Shown: positions 59,937 through 64,000 of the stretch, in pieces
How positions within the stretch are numbered: position 1 is the first letter of the stretch
Layout: each line of letters opens with the position of its first letter
Source of the DNA: Ruditapes philippinarum
Taxonomy: Eukaryota
Assembly (NCBI RefSeq): GCF_026571515.1
Contig: NW_026853862.1
Location: 1-64,000, forward strand
Reading direction: 5' to 3'
Length of the DNA stretch: 64,000 nt
The notes under the pieces: model-generated
What the model was told of the DNA's origin: nothing
What the model saw: only the letters and a program-made list of their open reading frames with translations
Database searches by the model: none
Program-made: the position numbers and the translations under genes

Positions 59937-61730
59937 TTATTCGTGTGACACTTGGAAAACTTTAATTTTGTTTGGCATTCCTACAAACAATCTTTTAGTA
60001 TTTTGGCAGAATGCAACACTCTCTGGTTGATTTAATCCATGACTTTTATTGCTCAAGATCTGCACTTCAGTTAGGTCACTTGATAGTTGATGGATATTTT
60101 TAAATTTAGCTCCGCTAACATAAATTGATCCATATTCATCTACTGCAAGTTGACGAGGTATTTTCAGTTGATCATTTATGAAAACAGCCTTCACCTCACC
60201 CTCAATGGTCAGACAGGTCACAGTGTGTTTGTACCAATCAGACACATAAATCAGATTGTCAGGACTGACAATTATATACCAAGGTTCTATAAACATATCC
60301 TGACCATAATCCTGGTTGTCAAAAGTTTTCACTATTTCACCTGACATACTTAGAATCTTAATACTAGCTGGATTCCAATAAGAAACTACAAGATGTTGAT
60401 TCATAATGTAGGCAATACCAGTACAATATCCATTCCCTGGTATCTCAGTAATATCTAAAACTTTAATGTATTTTGAAAATGTTATGATTTTGATCATTCT
60501 TTCATTTTGAAATGTTACAGCAACTTTATTATCTAAAATTTTTGTTATATGCCATGGACTTGTATTAAATTTTATATCATCTATATATTTTGCTTGAGAC
60601 TTTTCTAGTTTGTATATGACAAGACAACATTTTGTCCAATATAATTTTATAAGTGTATGTTCAGATAAGACAAGTAACGAAGATATGTGATCAGTGGGAG
60701 AGTTGATATCAAAATTAAAGACAAATTTTCTTTCTACAGCTGATGCATGCACTTTTTTAAATGTGAAAAATCTTGTTTCACTCTCTAGAGATAGTTCTGT
60801 TGGTTGAATATTGGATGGTTTTAGTTTGAAGTACAGTATGCAGGTTTGCTGAATTTGATCCAAATTTTGACGAAGATTTTCACAAAGTTGTTCAGTAATT
60901 TTTAATTTAATAAACAATATACAGTTTTGACCTAATTTCTGGGCTTGTTCTAGATCAGCAGTAAGAGCCTTCAAATTTTCAACCAAATTAAAATGTTCTG
61001 ACCGGAGAACCTTAAATTCTTTGTTTAAGCTAACAACTTCTTCTTTCATACCTGTTTCAGCTTTTGTTATCTTGTTTTTAAATTTTCTCTCCTTTTCAGA
61101 TAACTCTTGAACTAGTTCTAACCTTTGTTTCTTCAATCTTGCAATGGTTTCTTCTATCTTCTTATCTAAAGCATGAATCACATCTTGATGATGCTGTTTG
61201 AAGGCTTCTTTCAGTTTATCTACGTGATCCTTGCATGCTTCAATTGCCTTTTCCTCTTGTTTATCTACCACTTCACTTTTGGCTTCCAACAGTTTTTCTA
61301 TGTATTTTATGTCGGTATACAATTTGTCCAAGTTCTGTTGAAGATCTTTTAAGTCATTACTGTTTTGTATGCCTGAAGCAAGGATTGGTAAATGGTTCAC
61401 GTCACTACATTTAACATGTTCATTATCCTTGCATTCTTGGCAGGCTTCTTTGCTACACACAGAACAGTAAAACTTGATCAGTTGTCGAGTATGAGTTGAA
61501 CACTTTTCGAAATAGAAATCTTGTGGCATGCTGTCATAATTTTGAATTTTGTGAGTTTTTGATTGTCTCTTATGATATTTACGACAGGTCACACATTTAT
61601 ATTCCACACAATCTACACAAAAAGCTACAGCAGGTGTATAGCCATCACCATGTTTTTCACATTCTTCGCAGTACATTTCCTTAGTTTCGTAAGAGTCTTG
61701 TGTTGTTAATGCACTGGTATTAGCAGTCAT
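59937..61730 (-). CDS. RING-less TRIM-like protein (B-box x2, coiled coil, NHL-like beta-propeller), 597 aa, copy D
   Basis: Intact single-exon ORF collinear with copy C, with the same B-box Cys/His pattern and propeller repeats. Confidence 0.92.
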   Translation of the reverse strand: MTANTSALTTQDSYETKEMYCEECEKHGDGYTPAVAFCVDCVEYKCVTCRKYHKRQSKTHKIQNYDSMPQDFYFEKCSTHTRQLIKFYCSVCSKEACQECKDNEHVKCSDVNHLPILASGIQNSNDLKDLQQNLDKLYTDIKYIEKLLEAKSEVVDKQEEKAIEACKDHVDKLKEAFKQHHQDVIHALDKKIEETIARLKKQRLELVQELSEKERKFKNKITKAETGMKEEVVSLNKEFKVLRSEHFNLVENLKALTADLEQAQKLGQNCILFIKLKITEQLCENLRQNLDQIQQTCILYFKLKPSNIQPTELSLESETRFFTFKKVHASAVERKFVFNFDINSPTDHISSLLVLSEHTLIKLYWTKCCLVIYKLEKSQAKYIDDIKFNTSPWHITKILDNKVAVTFQNERMIKIITFSKYIKVLDITEIPGNGYCTGIAYIMNQHLVVSYWNPASIKILSMSGEIVKTFDNQDYGQDMFIEPWYIIVSPDNLIYVSDWYKHTVTCLTIEGEVKAVFINDQLKIPRQLAVDEYGSIYVSGAKFKNIHQLSSDLTEVQILSNKSHGLNQPESVAFCQNTKRLFVGMPNKIKVFQVSHE

Positions 61731-64000
61731 TTCTTTTCTTTTTTCAGAGGTTTAGAAACTTTCTTATCGTCTCAATTTTTTGTTATAAGATCGTTTTCCT
61801 TGAAGTAAAGTACAATTTTTAATGTAAGGGATTTTAAAGATCGTTCGAAGGTTATTATGTAGATCATATATGTTATGATAAGTGATCATGTGAGGTAACA
61901 AAGGTTTTGTTTAATTTTGCTGCACGATAATTTGTATCAGTTTGATAACATTTTAAGTTAAAATCTGTGCCCTTGTTATCAATGACATGTTTGGACATTA
62001 ATGTGTAACATCAATCTACTTGTGGCTTTTCTTGATTATACATGACTCTTATGGACTTTGGATTCTTTCATGTGAGGTAGCAATCCGGCTAGCTTAATTA
62101 TTTGCCCGTTTGATGGAGTCACTTGCATTATGTACACCTAATATGGAAAAAATATAATCTTTTTAGGAAAACTACAATGCCAAGATCTTATATGTTTGCT
62201 TAATAACAAGAAATAAAGCAGGGCATTCCATAGACTTACCTTAAAATGAAGTTGTTTGGTGTTGTGATGTTGAAACAAACGAAAAATGTGGTACTGAATG
62301 GTAATGCAAAACATATCACCCCTAAGAAAACCTGAAAGGGGAGAAGTGACCTAAATATCAACTTAAATGTTAACTGTAAATTACAGGTGCATACAAAGAA
62401 CAAAATTAATTATGTTCTATATTGACACTTGCATTGACTTTTTCAGGTAAGATTATAAATTGGTATTAATACATTTTTTGCAGAAAAAAGTAACGTGGAC
62501 GAGTCTGTGTTGACGTTGGTTAACTTAATTTTTAAAGCTTAAAGTTGTTGATAATACTAAAATTATGTTATGTCGATTTTCTTTTTTGCCTTTATTTAAC
62601 TAAATTATCCAACATTCAGATAAGTACAGCGGAGTTAATGATTAAAAGATAGCATACTTCATTGTAGTTGTAAAGGTGTCCGTTTGGGAGCGTTAACGTC
62701 TTTGGCTTCATATACTTATGCAGTGTGTATACTACTGAAGGAAATACTAAAGAGGGTATAAAGAGATATAAACACTACATTATTACAAATCCTGATGATC
62801 TCTTTAAACTTGGCATTGTGCCAGACCTTGATGAGCTCCAGCTTCAATCATTTGTTTAGGATACATCGGAAGGTTTATCGTGCTCGGATTAAAGCGCGTC
62901 ATTGATGACTGAACTATGATAATTTACTCATCATCGACGCGTGACTGATGTGTTTCGGCTTGCTCATTCAAAATATTTAGACAAAGATATTAAGAGAGAC
63001 GAATATTGACTTACATATATGAATTAATTTCAAGATTTGTACAAAATGTTGCAAAAAAAAACAAACTTTTAAAGCGTGACTGATGTGTTTCGGCTTGCTT
63101 ATTCAAAATATTTAGACAAAGTGATTAAGAGAGACTATCATTGATTTTAAGATTTGTTCCAGATTTTAAAGATGAAGTATTTTCAAGATTTGTACAAAAA
63201 GTTGCCGAAAATATAAATTGTTGAAGCCTTTTGAAGCAACACGTACTACATTCCAATTATGAGAGAAAACAAATTGTTTAATCAAATGAAACGTTATGAA
63301 TACAGCATTTTGTGAATTAACTTTCATTTCTTATGGTAAAAATAAACGAAAGTATATCATATTTCGGTTATGAAAACTTTAATTCCACAGATCATAATAT
63401 ACATTGTTAAATATAATTCCCGAAATACGCTTAGTCGAAAACATGAAATATAGGTTTTATTTTCAAATTGCAACCTTGATTGGTTGATATATTTGTTACC
63501 TTTTCATAATGTAAGTGCCATTAAATATAAGATAATCGCAACCTCGCATTAGAGACAAGTCAATTAAGTATATAACATTATAGTAGAAATGTATAAATAT
63601 TCACCGCCAGTAAAGCATACATATGTTTCACGGGGAAGAATAAACTAATTAATTGACTGAAATTGTAAGGATGAAAAAAGCAATGCACAATTCATGCATT
63701 TTCGTTATAAACATTAATTCTTTGAAATGGGACATAATTATATGTATTATAACTGTTAAGTAAGAAATCATTAAATGAATTAAAAACAATTGTTTTTGCA
63801 TAACCTTTTCCATATTTTGTCGGATATTTTAATGAAAATAATTTGAATAAATTGTATTTCCTTTAAATTATTTCTCGGAGTATCTAACTGGCCTTCTAAC
63901 GTACAAAAGTTGATCCATATATCATAAGGAATCGAGTGTCTTACATGCGTGATTCCTGTAGGCAATACTGCTACAAAGACCTTTTCAAGGTATCTCATTT

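Noticed and set aside
62938-63210. Direct duplication of about 135 bp (also about 160 bp at 10169-10440)
   Set aside because: Simple two-copy local duplications with no other supporting structure.

Overview
AT-rich eukaryotic genomic DNA, most likely from a bivalve mollusc (inferred from the SINE and HINE repeat types and the RING-less TRIM expansion). The window has three main components. (1) The intact 3' exons of NEMF/Rqc2 (1309-4864), followed by tandem segmental duplications. These pair 5'-truncated NEMF pseudogene copies (15142-38092; single exon 53841-54051) with minus-strand, single-coding-exon B-box/B-box/coiled-coil/NHL-like propeller TRIM-like genes (two intact, two disrupted, one fragment). 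(2) A complete 15.9-kb Polinton/Maverick (adintovirus-like) endogenous virus at 15997-31895, with ~160-bp TIRs and a perfect 6-bp AGTAAA TSD, inserted in an exon of the NEMF pseudogene. It encodes minor and major capsid proteins, a packaging ATPase, pPolB, an integrase, a fibre-like protein and a membrane protein carrying PTAP, LYPxL and PPxY motifs. (3) Many non-autonomous TEs. The most notable observation is a ~375-nt, extensively base-paired minus-strand RNA near the right end of the Polinton (about 31276 to 30900). It has an upstream TATA box, an oligo-T terminator, no internal T4 run, about 15 strand-specific G.U pairs and two hairpin loops with 11+8 bp of perfect complementarity. It is a candidate Pol III-transcribed, possibly self-assembling viral ncRNA. 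All calls were made by eye; no database searches or folding programs were run.
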